Shown here one piece after another: positions 1-8,078 of a stretch of DNA of 64,000 nt (position 1 is the stretch's first letter; every line of letters starts with the position of its first letter). The notes below the pieces were generated by a model. That model was not told the origin of the DNA, ran no database searches, and worked only from the letters and a program-made list of their open reading frames with translations. The stretch covers positions 1-64,000 of IMG/VR virus record IMGVR_UViG_3300049486_000079. The stretch is one strand, 5' to 3'. This DNA comes from a virus (lineage: Duplodnaviria; Caudoviricetes). The position numbers and the translations under genes are program-made.

Positions 1-176
1 GGACCCCTCAATGGGAAAATGCGACGATATTCCTCACGGGAGGAAGCCCTTAAAGGGCACAAGGACATGCTCGACCTCGCAAGAACCGGGTCTGATCCTT
101 GCTCTTTCACTTTTTCCCAAAGAGAATTCTTCATCCGAACAGATCGGGGGTAAGTAGGATCCTCAGACTTCTTCAT
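1..176 (-). CDS. hypothetical protein, possible ribbon-helix-helix (runs off window)
   Basis: Manually translated MKKSEDPTYPRSVRMKNSLWEKVKEQ...; ATG overlaps the stop of the upstream gene; no stop before the window edge. Confidence 0.4.
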   Translation of the reverse strand, partial: MKKSEDPTYPRSVRMKNSLWEKVKEQGSDPVLARSSMSLCPLRASSREEYRRIFPLRG

Positions 177-328
177 TTTACCTCAATAAGCCTAAGAAAC
201 AGGGGTATGCTTACCACCATAAGGACCAGCACAACCCCTTGCTGAAGAGGATCTTCTACAGCTTCGATGAAAGGACCCAAGAACCAGCCGACCAAGAGGC
301 CGAACGCGACTCGCAGAAAAAGCGACAT
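173..328 (-). CDS. small two-TM membrane protein (51 aa, below ORF-track cutoff)
   Basis: MSLFLRVAFGLLVGWFLGPFIEAVEDPLQQGVVLVLMVVSIPLFLRLIEVK; starts immediately after the stop of 329..799. Confidence 0.6.
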   Translation of the reverse strand: MSLFLRVAFGLLVGWFLGPFIEAVEDPLQQGVVLVLMVVSIPLFLRLIEVK

Positions 329-799
329 CTAGTATCCCATAACCATCGCACGCCGTTCGACGGCCCGACCCCAAGCTGCTTCCTGTAGATATTTCTCGAC
401 CTTCTCCCAATTCACACGCTGTTCGGCAGACAGCCGCGACTCGTCGACTACAGCAACCAAACGCTCCCCTTCACACTCGAAGCAGGGAACATCGTACGTG
501 CCGCTAAAATAATCCCCTTTTTCTTCCTGAGACCACTCGGAGAATTCCTCCTGCGTAATACCGTGAGCATCGATCGACGGATCGACATGGCTGCCTTTGC
601 CCTCGCAGGTAGGGCAAACCTCGAACTTAGCCGGAAAGGAGAACGGAGTCTCGGCGTTCTCTTCCGTCTCCTCATCCTCAATCAGGAGCGTCGCAGTCAG
701 AATCATTGCCCTCTGGTCAAAGGACCAGATCTTGGCCTCCTCTTTTGCTCGCATGCCTGCAACAACTCGATGATCGTTGTAATAACCGTGGTCGGTCAT
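329..799 (-). CDS. phage protein with CxxCxGxG-type zinc finger
   Basis: CPTCEGKG...CFECEGER motifs; predicted promoter directly upstream. Confidence 0.7.
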   Translation of the reverse strand: MTDHGYYNDHRVVAGMRAKEEAKIWSFDQRAMILTATLLIEDEETEENAETPFSFPAKFEVCPTCEGKGSHVDPSIDAHGITQEEFSEWSQEEKGDYFSGTYDVPCFECEGERLVAVVDESRLSAEQRVNWEKVEKYLQEAAWGRAVERRAMVMGY

Positions 800-805
800 G
801 TCTCT

Positions 806-834
806 GTACTACAGAAGACGAAGGGGAAAGGCAA
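806..834 (-). promoter_or_regulatory. sigma70-type promoter, leaderless transcript
   Basis: TTGCCT-N17-TAGTAC, ATG (799) 6 nt downstream. Confidence 0.6.
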
Positions 835-899
835 GCCTAAAAGATCGCGCTGCGCTCAAGCGAGGACGCGACGCGCCTGCCCAGCAGGAATACCGCCTG

Positions 900-1133
900 T
901 CATCGGCGCCTCGCCTTCGGCTTTGCGCTCGCGATGATGAGGCGCGCAGCCTCATTGCTTAGGCTGACCACATCTGCGTATGCGCCGCGTCCGCGCCCGC
1001 GCCTGTGAAAGACGGTACAATCCTCGGCACTAAGGAGGACAGAATAGCCGACGAACACGTCGCACAGGGTCGCAAGCTCGGCGTCGCTCAGCCCGGTCGC
1101 CGGCTTCTCGGTTGTCCTACAAGAAAACGTCAT
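900..1133 (-). CDS. hypothetical protein
   Basis: MTFSCRTT... start overlaps the stop of 1130..1435 (ATGA), with a GGAGG SD upstream. Confidence 0.5.
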   Translation of the reverse strand: MTFSCRTTEKPATGLSDAELATLCDVFVGYSVLLSAEDCTVFHRRGRGRGAYADVVSLSNEAARLIIASAKPKARRR

Positions 1134-1435
1134 ATTTCCTCCTCGAAGGCTCTCTTCTCGGCCAGACGTCGCGATCTGCGCCGCTGGCGCTTCGTGGGAC
1201 ACTTACGTACGCCTCCTCTGAGCGGCTTCGGAATAGACGGACGCTTCTCGTATGAAAAGGATCTCGACGAATAATAAGGTTGTAAAAACCAACCACATCC
1301 TTTGTAGGGGCAGAAGCGAACACTGTAATAGTCGCTGTCATCCTCGGCGACCATCGGTAGCCGGTGCTCAGGGCACCAAGGAGGATACATGCATTGATAC
1401 CGAACCGGGTGAAAGCCCGGGCAATAATCGTACAA
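1130..1435 (-). CDS. hypothetical Zn-ribbon protein with basic tail (start uncertain)
   Basis: CPEH...CPYKGC motif, Arg-rich C-terminus. Confidence 0.45.
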   Translation of the reverse strand: MYDYCPGFHPVRYQCMYPPWCPEHRLPMVAEDDSDYYSVRFCPYKGCGWFLQPYYSSRSFSYEKRPSIPKPLRGGVRKCPTKRQRRRSRRLAEKRAFEEEI

Positions 1436-1455
1436 GGGGGCGACTTAGCGCATCG

Positions 1456-1571
1456 CCGGCTGCGGGGCTCGCCTCTCACCGCCCCAATTGGGTGAGAGCA
1501 TGGCAGCGCGTAGGCCCAAGCAAGCACAAACTCGACCATCGGTTGGGGGTGCCGCATAATCGAGCAACCGG
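1456..1571 (-). ncRNA. putative structured RNA with kissing loops (family not recognised)
   Basis: Stems CCGGUUGC/GCAGCCGG, CUCGAUUAU/AUGGUCGAG, GCUUGCUU/AGGCGAGC and CUCACC/GGUGAG; complementary loops CCCCAA and UUGGGG; starts just after the promoter at 1576-1604. Confidence 0.5.
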
Positions 1572-1575
1572 AGCA

Positions 1576-1604
1576 ACTCTACCGCCGTCGAGTACAGAAG
1601 GCAA
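1576..1604 (-). promoter_or_regulatory. sigma70-type promoter
   Basis: TTGCCT-N17-TAGAGT. Confidence 0.65.
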
Positions 1605-1608
1605 GCCT

Positions 1609-1965
1609 TCAAGAAAGAAGATAAGGACGCCATTCCACAGGATACTGGCAATTCGAGATGCTTCGGAAAAGAGGCGCGATCTGAGGGTCCTGATACCCCG
1701 CCAGTCCGCACCCTACCCTCGTGACGAGGAAGTTCAGATCTGGATTCGACGCGGCATACTCGCAAAATCGCGCGACGTAACGTGCGATCTCGGCAAGTGG
1801 GAGGGAGCGAAGGAGAAAATCTTTCGTAGGAATCGCGTAAGAGTCTCCCTGGCGACCCTCTCCTTGACCATATACCGCTCCGTAATGCTGTCGCGCGTAA
1901 AGCGCTGCTCCCCTCCCATGCCTCCCAGCAAGGTTAGAACCAAACACGAAGATATGAGAGGACAT
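1609..1965 (-). CDS. A1S_2505-family phage non-structural protein
   Basis: IFVFGSNLAGRHGRGAA...SYAIPT...FLVTRVGCGLAGY signature. Confidence 0.8.
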   Translation of the reverse strand: MSSHIFVFGSNLAGRHGRGAALYARQHYGAVYGQGEGRQGDSYAIPTKDFLLRSLPLAEIARYVARFCEYAASNPDLNFLVTRVGCGLAGYQDPQIAPLFRSISNCQYPVEWRPYLLS

Positions 1966-1967
1966 AG

Positions 1968-2255
1968 TTACTGCTTCACGGTGAGATCAGGTCGGGCGAA
2001 GCTCGGTCCCGTATCAAGTATTTGCAGAGCTTTCGCGCGATCCAATACGTGAGTCTCTGCGAGGGGATCGAGAAGGACGCTGCGCACATCCTCCATATCC
2101 AGGCCCCACGCATCGCCCACAATCGACAGGGCGTTATCAAGATCCCATGCCCACCAAAAGTTACATCCTCCGAGATCGAGGGCGTAACCCCCTCTCTCCT
2201 TCCAGCAAGAAAGAAGGTCTTCCCTGGTGTCGCAGTATTCCGCGTATTCAGTCAT
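1968..2255 (-). CDS. hypothetical protein
   Basis: GAGGTG SD; packs 2 nt before the next gene. Confidence 0.6.
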   Translation of the reverse strand: MTEYAEYCDTREDLLSCWKERGGYALDLGGCNFWWAWDLDNALSIVGDAWGLDMEDVRSVLLDPLAETHVLDRAKALQILDTGPSFARPDLTVKQ

Positions 2256-2308
2256 CTTTTCACCTCTCTTTTACAAGAGACCGCACGGTCCTTATTGAAA
2301 ATAGACTT

Positions 2309-3466
2309 TCAGTTTGCCAGATGCAGATGACTCGGACCCCCAGAAATACGAGGGAGCGTCCACACCTCAAACACTACGGAAGGAAATTCTCCGTGGATCG
2401 TCTGGCCGCTGAAAACGAGCCCTGCTCGCGTACAGGCCTCCCGGGCCCACTCCGCGTTCTCACCGTACACCTTCACTACCACCTGATTCGGCTGCAAGGG
2501 AGCGGCAAGCGTGACCGACTGCGGATTGACCGTCAGACGTCCGTATATTTCTTGGGTCGGCAACGCCTCTTGACCCTCCGGAACCGCGACAAGCGCAAGG
2601 ATCGCCAGCGTAGCACCGTCCACAAAAATAGTCGCCCGGAGCTTTACCCGCGTACCGTCCGCGACCGTAAAAGGAGGAACCGCGTCAAAATGAGCCTGAA
2701 TTGCCCGAAGCTCGTCTTTCGTCACGATGTAGTAATAGGCACGCCCTGATGTCTCAGTCAAGGGCTGAGGGGACTCGCTCTCGGCCTCGACCAGTAACTG
2801 ATCGACAACCCTTGCGTTTTCCTCCGCCCGCAGCAGGCTCTCCTGCATCCGATCCAAAAGGCCGCGCGCGTCCACGGGCATCACCTGTGTAGGCTCATCC
2901 TCGAACGAACTCGGAAAGCGCATCTCCGGCACAATCGGATCAGGCGGCAACACCCCCACAACGCCCTTCTCCTCTTTTTGCCTTCTAATAAGGTATCTCG
3001 CCATTGTAAGAAACAGCGCCTGGACAGGCTGAGGCAGCTCAAATAAAGAAGCACCATCGGTCAAGGGAAGCGCCGTAACGTCGAAAAGCCGGCCAAACCT
3101 ACACATCTTAGCGTAGAGATCAAACGCGAAGCTGTCGTAGTTGTTCTCTTCGAGGGCAGGGAAGGGCGAGGCACCGGAGTAATCACGCGTCCCTACCTGC
3201 TCGGAGAGCTTCAGATAAAGCGACTCCAGCACCTGATGCTTTGTACTATACAGCAATTGAATCGAATCCACGGAGCCGAGAGGCGAATCCTTTACCGCCT
3301 CCATCATATACGCCGCTTCGTCTCGCATCTCTGCAATGGTCTGAAGCAGTGACTGGTTCTCCGCCCGCTCTTGCTCGATCACACTCCTGAGCTGCTCAAA
3401 GGTTCTCAGTAATTCGCCCTCGATCAAAGAAGTCGCCTTCGTGTCTTCGTCTTGCGAGTCTGCCAT
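2309..3466 (-). CDS. hypothetical protein, N-terminal coiled coil
   Basis: 385-aa ORF with natural composition. Confidence 0.7.
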   Translation of the reverse strand: MADSQDEDTKATSLIEGELLRTFEQLRSVIEQERAENQSLLQTIAEMRDEAAYMMEAVKDSPLGSVDSIQLLYSTKHQVLESLYLKLSEQVGTRDYSGASPFPALEENNYDSFAFDLYAKMCRFGRLFDVTALPLTDGASLFELPQPVQALFLTMARYLIRRQKEEKGVVGVLPPDPIVPEMRFPSSFEDEPTQVMPVDARGLLDRMQESLLRAEENARVVDQLLVEAESESPQPLTETSGRAYYYIVTKDELRAIQAHFDAVPPFTVADGTRVKLRATIFVDGATLAILALVAVPEGQEALPTQEIYGRLTVNPQSVTLAAPLQPNQVVVKVYGENAEWAREACTRAGLVFSGQTIHGEFPSVVFEVWTLPRISGGPSHLHLAN

Positions 3467-3564
3467 CTAAAAACATCCTTCAGGAATGCCGCTCGTTGTA
3501 CTTCGTGGTGCGGCCACTTGGGACTTGAAAAGCTCCCGATCACAAGCTACTAGGCTGTCCCTGG

Positions 3565-4149
3565 ATGGGCCAGCTTTTTCTACTTGATTCTGTCAACTAC
3601 CTGACCGCTCACGACATCGCTCTCATCGAGAGCAACGTACGCCTAATGGACGCAGACCTCGCTGTCTGTGTCAATTCCTTCCGCTACCAAGGAGATCTCG
3701 ATCAGCTCGCAAAAACACGAATTATGTCCTCCGACGCCGTCAGCATTGCAATCGATCCTTTCCATCGTAGATTCGCAATCGCCTTTTCTTCTTATTCTAG
3801 ATTGGACAGCTCACAACAAGCTGTTGTTTACAGTCGAGGTGTTGCCTTGTTCTCAAAAGGAGACTGGGTCGGGGGAATCACAAGTGTTGCCCGCAACACA
3901 CAGCTCTTCCTGAAATCTTCAAGTGTAGAAGATAAAGGCTTCCTCGCCAGCATCGATATTCTTAATAAAAGCCCCTCTATTCAAAACACAATGACCGCTC
4001 TACTGTTCGTACCGTTCATGCTGGGAATCGCCCTCGCAGTGACCGTGTGGCTGCGCCATCTCGATCGAAAAGATCAAGAGAGAAAGCGACAGGAAGAGGA
4101 AGAGAAGGCCTATAGCAACCGGCCTCGCGGAAACCGGATCCAGCTCTAG
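3565..4149 (+). CDS. TPM-domain-like membrane protein
   Basis: LDSVNYLT...FSKGDWVGGI pattern resembles a TPM domain; C-terminal TM helix and charged tail. Confidence 0.5.
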   Translation: MGQLFLLDSVNYLTAHDIALIESNVRLMDADLAVCVNSFRYQGDLDQLAKTRIMSSDAVSIAIDPFHRRFAIAFSSYSRLDSSQQAVVYSRGVALFSKGDWVGGITSVARNTQLFLKSSSVEDKGFLASIDILNKSPSIQNTMTALLFVPFMLGIALAVTVWLRHLDRKDQERKRQEEEEKAYSNRPRGNRIQL

Positions 4150-4376
4150 CCTCCAGGGTACAGACGAGATCGGATCAGCTCGACCGTCTCCTGCATGCCC
4201 GCCGCCACATAGAGCAGACGAGTCCTCAAGGCTCCTGACTCGGAGCCGAACTCCCCAACCAGATCTTCGACTCGCTTCTCAATCAGCTCGATGAGGAGGA
4301 GGCGCTCCTCGCGAATAACTGCTTGTGCGACCTTTCGGCACTCGGGCGTCAGCTTCGGTCTAGGCGTATCGGTCAC
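4146..4376 (-). CDS. hypothetical protein
   Basis: 76-aa helical ORF convergent with 3565..4149. Confidence 0.55.
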   Translation of the reverse strand: MTDTPRPKLTPECRKVAQAVIREERLLLIELIEKRVEDLVGEFGSESGALRTRLLYVAAGMQETVELIRSRLYPGG

Positions 4377-4415
4377 ACTGTGTGTGTAGGAGCATGTCGC
4401 ACTAGAGGTCTAGTC

Positions 4416-4536
4416 AAAACGAAACGGGGAGGGGATCTCCGACCGTAGCACTCGACCCGGGGGAAAATGTTGGACTGGAGGTACGTGTATTCAGCACAGC
4501 GGACACACACTACATTGAACAGCCGAAGATCCCCTC
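4416..4536 (-). ncRNA. putative ~120-nt small RNA with long closing stem
   Basis: GAGGGGAUCUUCGGCUGU pairs with ACGGUCGGAGAUCCCCUC (18 bp; G-U pairs work only on the minus strand); internal GUGUGU/AUACAC stem; U-rich 3' end; own promoter. Confidence 0.65.
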
Positions 4537-4542
4537 AACCCC

Positions 4543-4571
4543 ACTCTAACACCATGCCAACCGCACGGGAA
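4543..4571 (-). promoter_or_regulatory. sigma70-type promoter with extended -10
   Basis: TTCCCG-N17-TAGAGT with TGn before the -10; predicted start at 4536 is the first base of the RNA stem. Confidence 0.6.
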
Positions 4572-4575
4572 GCCC

Positions 4576-4726
4576 CCGTCATAGATCGCTTACCCTTACA
4601 AATTAAGGCACGCCTTCGTTTTGCGAAGTCAGCAGGGTATATGCGCCAACCCAAGGACCATACGGTCCTTGTACCGTATTAAGAATACGGCCAATCTCAG
4701 CAGCTTACGCTCAAACCACGGTGTTT
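4576..4726 (-). ncRNA. multi-hairpin element downstream of folA
   Basis: Hairpins at 4594-4608, 4614-4628, 4652-4671, 4674-4690, 4702-4711 and 4713-4726; no credible ORF. Confidence 0.4.
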
Positions 4727-4728
4727 AA

Positions 4729-5199
4729 TTAGAGACATTGACGATAAAATAGGCACGCCAAACGAGGGTCTTCATCATTATGAGAAACCCTATCTTTGAC
4801 GAAGCGTGTCAAGTCGATGTCGGGAAACCGCGTAGCTTCCGGATGTTCTACGCAGTCAGGAACCACCGTCAGATCGATCCCCTCCGCATACTGCATACCT
4901 TCTGCATAGATCTGCGCTCCCCCAATCAACCATGTGGGATTACGTGTCGCATGGATCGCTTCGACCAACGACCGGAAGCACTCGACTCCAAAGATTGGAG
5001 TCCGAGTCACAATCAGATTTCGTCTGGACGGGAGAGGACGGCCCAGAGACTCATAGGTCCGCCGACCCATGATGACCGTACCGCCTAAGGTGAGACGCTT
5101 AAAGCGACGGAGATCGGCAGGATAGTGCCACGGGATTCGACCGTGTAGTCCAATTACGCCGTTCTGCGATACTGCTGCGATGATGGTGACTGAGGCCAT
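4729..5199 (-). CDS. folA: dihydrofolate reductase
   Basis: IAAVSQNGVIG..IPW...DLRRFK...VIMGRRTYESLGRPLPSRRNLIV...IGGAQIY. Confidence 0.96.
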   Translation of the reverse strand: MASVTIIAAVSQNGVIGLHGRIPWHYPADLRRFKRLTLGGTVIMGRRTYESLGRPLPSRRNLIVTRTPIFGVECFRSLVEAIHATRNPTWLIGGAQIYAEGMQYAEGIDLTVVPDCVEHPEATRFPDIDLTRFVKDRVSHNDEDPRLACLFYRQCL

Positions 5200-5217
5200 A
5201 CCTCACAGCATACGAGA

Positions 5218-5421
5218 TCAGGGCGTCCGCTCGAACTCGAAATACTCACTGATCTCTGCCAAGACACTCTGCACTATGGCCTCTTGGACAACAGCAGCAC
5301 CAGGCTGATCCGTATGCTTGTAGGCTCGCTGCCACCCCATTGCGACTCCCTCTTCAACGGCCCGAAGTAGCACCGGATAAGGACGCACACTTATTGTGGA
5401 TGAATTCCTATCGTCTCCCAC
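5218..5421 (-). CDS. conserved-type small phage protein
   Basis: AVEEGVAMGWQRAYKHTD...EISEYFEF; AGGAG SD. Confidence 0.65.
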   Translation of the reverse strand: MGDDRNSSTISVRPYPVLLRAVEEGVAMGWQRAYKHTDQPGAAVVQEAIVQSVLAEISEYFEFERTP

Positions 5422-5442
5422 GGGAGAACTCCTTTCAATGGA

Positions 5443-5531
5443 CGGAGTGAGAGGGATTCGAACCCCCGGTGACCGTTTCCAGCCACAGCGATTTTCAAGA
5501 CCGCTGCCTTAATCCACTCGGCCATCACTCC
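5443..5531 (-). tRNA. tRNA-Ser(UGA)
   Basis: GGAGUGA/UCACUCC acceptor, GCGGU-CU-UGA-AA-AUCGC anticodon arm, long variable arm, GGUUCGAAUCC T arm, G73; followed by TCCA rather than CCA. Confidence 0.95.
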
Positions 5532-5543
5532 TTGTCCCCCAGC

Positions 5544-5777
5544 TCAAGGGGGAGCTTCGTCTTCAAATACAATCTTGTTCGGAGGATCCGTCAACCCGAA
5601 ATCGACCCGATCGGCCAACTGTCTCAGAGCAAGGGCAATCACCCGGGTGCGCGCCTCTTCGACCGTATGCATCGGGTTCGATTGACAATGTGAAAGGTCG
5701 GCTACGACGCCTCGCCACTTCCCTTTGGCTTTGCGATACGTAATACGAAAAGAAATCGTAGAAGGTAACGGTTTCAA
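5544..5777 (-). CDS. HicB-like antitoxin-fold protein
   Basis: FRITYRK..GKWRGVVADLSHCQS..HTVEEARTRVIALAL fits the HicB-type pattern. Confidence 0.5.
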   Translation of the reverse strand: MKPLPSTISFRITYRKAKGKWRGVVADLSHCQSNPMHTVEEARTRVIALALRQLADRVDFGLTDPPNKIVFEDEAPP

Positions 5778-5899
5778 TACCGTCTCCTACGCTTGCGCCT
5801 CCTGAACTCCGTGTACAAAACATGAAGGAAATAAATCGTCACCCCCGTCGCAAGACCGAAACAAATCGCGGAGGCGAGCACGAGATCCTGATCGCTCAT
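5774..5899 (-). CDS. small single-TM protein with poly-Arg tail (41 aa)
   Basis: MSDQDLVLASAICFGLATGVTIYFLHVLYTEFRRRKRRRRY; stop overlaps the next start; promoter upstream. Confidence 0.6.
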   Translation of the reverse strand: MSDQDLVLASAICFGLATGVTIYFLHVLYTEFRRRKRRRRY

Positions 5900-5908
5900 G
5901 ACCCGCGT

Positions 5909-5937
5909 TCTATAGTCCAAAATAACGACCGAGGCAA
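5909..5937 (-). promoter_or_regulatory. sigma70-type promoter
   Basis: TTGCCT-N17-TATAGA, ATG 9 nt downstream. Confidence 0.55.
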
Positions 5938-6771
5938 TCAAACAGCCACCTTGAACGAAATCGCAGGATGCGAGCGATAATTCTCAATCTTGAAAAGATT
6001 CAGGAGTGTAGCACTGTCCTCATGGATCAACGACTCCACGTCCCCAAAAGACCGAATGCTCGGGTCAATACGAAGCGACGGCAACGGAAGAGGAGCCCTC
6101 AAGAGCTGTTCCTTCAGTCCAGGCACATGATCCCATTCGCTCATCGACCCGTCGGCCTTGGCCGTATAGACATGGGCATCGACAATCGAATGCGCAAACT
6201 TCCCAGGAATGAGACCAGAGAAGCGTGCGAACAAATGCAGCAAAAAAGCATAACCCGCGATGTTGTAGGGTACACCCAGTGCTACGTCCGCAGATCTCTG
6301 CGTTAGGTGTAGATTCAGAACATTGCCTTGCACATTGAAAATCCACATGACGTGACAAGGTGCGAGCGCCATCAGATGGAGCTGTGCCGCATTCCACGCT
6401 GAGATCACAATACGCCGTGAAGAAGGATCGTTCTTCAGAAGATGAATCGCTGCCCGAACCTGATCCGACCAGTGGCGCCATTGGTAGCCATAGACGGGTC
6501 CCAGCTCTCCTTCTTGGTTTGCCCAATTATTCCAAATACGAACCCCGTGCTTATTAAGCAAGGCGACATTCGTGGATCCATTGAGCATCCAAAGCATCTC
6601 TACCAGAACATTTTTCCAGCTCACTGTTTTTGTCGTAACCAGAGGGAAACCCTCGCGGGTATCGTAGACCCGATGGTCCGAGAAAACACTCAGAGTATCG
6701 ACTTGGGTCCGGCTCTCTTTACGAGAGCCTTCGTCAAGGACACGGGAAACGAGATCGAGATAGGCCTTCAC
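5938..6771 (-). CDS. thyA: thymidylate synthase
   Basis: GFPLVTTK, LGPVYGYQWR, MALAPCH, QRSADVALGVPYN, DAHVY; GTG start at 6771 with AGGAGG SD. Confidence 0.97.
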   Translation of the reverse strand: MKAYLDLVSRVLDEGSRKESRTQVDTLSVFSDHRVYDTREGFPLVTTKTVSWKNVLVEMLWMLNGSTNVALLNKHGVRIWNNWANQEGELGPVYGYQWRHWSDQVRAAIHLLKNDPSSRRIVISAWNAAQLHLMALAPCHVMWIFNVQGNVLNLHLTQRSADVALGVPYNIAGYAFLLHLFARFSGLIPGKFAHSIVDAHVYTAKADGSMSEWDHVPGLKEQLLRAPLPLPSLRIDPSIRSFGDVESLIHEDSATLLNLFKIENYRSHPAISFKVAV

Positions 6772-6904
6772 AGTGTTGCACCTCCTGCCCGAATAAGAAA
6801 GCAGGGTGCGGGTAGTGAAGAAAGATGTCCAGCGAGAAAAGGTGAACCGATCAGACCTAGTCGGGGGACTACAAGGAGAGGACACTCCCCTCTTCTCGCT
6901 GGAC
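6772..6904 (-). promoter_or_regulatory. structured thyA 5' leader or upstream sRNA, plus an SD-sequestering hairpin
   Basis: 16-bp stem 6889-6904/6827-6842 enclosing two hairpins; a second hairpin at 6778-6809 pairs over the AGGAGG. Confidence 0.6.
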
Positions 6905-6910
6905 GAAAGA

Positions 6911-6939
6911 GTGATAGCGCCGCCCGGGGCAGAAGTCAA
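6911..6939 (-). promoter_or_regulatory. sigma70-type promoter
   Basis: TTGACT-N17-TATCAC; predicted start at 6904 is the first base of the leader stem. Confidence 0.6.
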
Positions 6940-6956
6940 CTGCCAAAAGGTGTGCT

Positions 6957-8045
6957 TTAGAACGGGGGCAATTTCGGATTGTAGATCTGTAACACCGCGT
7001 CCAGGTAGATACGGAAGACGATCAACGCGTTCAGGTTGTTGATGTCGAGACGCCAGGCTTTCCGCGACGGCTCGTATTTGAAGCGGAGAATGTTGTTTCC
7101 TGTCCGGGCATCAGTTCGCACTTCCAATCCGGTCCCAAGTGATGTACGTGTCCCGAGTCGGACGCTGACAGGATTCGCAGGATCTCTATGGTTCTTGACC
7201 TCCAGCCCACTCATAACCGTTCCCCCAAAGCGTAAACCCTCTCCATCTATGTTGATGAGCCCTCCAATGACCATTGTGTTCTGACTGATTTTACTAGGAA
7301 TAGACCCTTCGTTATAGCAACCGTAACATTCTGAAAATTGGCTATCACCCTCGAACCAGTGCGCAGGATGTGCCTTGCCTGTATCCCGATCAATCTGAAG
7401 ATCACCAAGAACAGCTACGTGCACAGATCCGAGAAACGAGGAATCGAAATAGCCTGCACAAGGCCCTAAAGTCGCTTCCCAGCGATTCGCTCTTGAGCAG
7501 TTCGCGTAGACCTCCGCTCCGAGCGTGAGCCCTACATTCACATCAGGACCGTCGATATACACGCCGGCATGTTGGGCGTTTTTAACGTGAATAGAGGTCA
7601 TTCTCCAGGCGTTGGCGTTCGTGCCTTGACTGACCGCATGCCCGTCAATACGGATCCCTTGGACGAATCCAACCGTCTCGACATGTTCTATATTCATGCG
7701 AGCGAGAACCTTGATCCCAAAGGTGGGGATCGTAGAAGTCACCACGCCAGGGGACTGGATGGAAAGTCCTTCAATTAGACTACGACCCGCACCAGGACTC
7801 TTCTTTGGACAGCGCGGTCCTCTCGCGAACTCAAAAGCAGTCGTTCCGGTCACAACATGAAGACGAGTCAGTGCAATGCCTTCTCCATGTACGACCGTCG
7901 GTTTACAGTAACGAATAGTCTTACGGAGAGCACAATCGCCTTCAGAAAGCTGAATCGAGTGTCCCTCGGCTTCCTGAAGGCGATCGGTGATGTCTCCAAA
8001 ACAAACGACAGGAGTTGCCGCTACGATGAGCAGGGCTATAAGCAT
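6957..8045 (-). CDS. secreted right-handed beta-helix (pectin-lyase-fold-like) protein
   Basis: Hydrophobic N-terminal signal; HGEG..TRL, IEGLSI, GIRIDG and GVYIDG rung-like repeats. Confidence 0.55.
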   Translation of the reverse strand: MLIALLIVAATPVVCFGDITDRLQEAEGHSIQLSEGDCALRKTIRYCKPTVVHGEGIALTRLHVVTGTTAFEFARGPRCPKKSPGAGRSLIEGLSIQSPGVVTSTIPTFGIKVLARMNIEHVETVGFVQGIRIDGHAVSQGTNANAWRMTSIHVKNAQHAGVYIDGPDVNVGLTLGAEVYANCSRANRWEATLGPCAGYFDSSFLGSVHVAVLGDLQIDRDTGKAHPAHWFEGDSQFSECYGCYNEGSIPSKISQNTMVIGGLINIDGEGLRFGGTVMSGLEVKNHRDPANPVSVRLGTRTSLGTGLEVRTDARTGNNILRFKYEPSRKAWRLDINNLNALIVFRIYLDAVLQIYNPKLPPF

Positions 8046-8078
8046 GGGAGCATATTAGCAATAGGCTCCTGTAAGAAG

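Noticed and set aside
1252-2892. Plus-strand ORFs 1252..2052, 2022..2330 and 2147..2749
   Set aside because: Arg-rich shadow frames opposite a tightly packed minus-strand operon.
4576-4726. TPP riboswitch (GCUGAGA...AUACCC...CUGA) or hammerhead (CUGCUGA)
   Set aside because: P1/P2 pairing and the GAUAA and GCGUAGG elements of TPP are missing, and the element is 3' of a gene. The hammerhead CUGANGA/GAAA core is not met.
6772-6939. N-terminal extension of ThyA in the ORF track (similar cases at 9585-9698, 12503-12640, 12682-12753, 40036-40200 and 47653-47778)
   Set aside because: Better starts with an SD, promoter or family-typical N-terminus lie downstream, and the extensions overlap promoters, RNAs or neighbouring genes.
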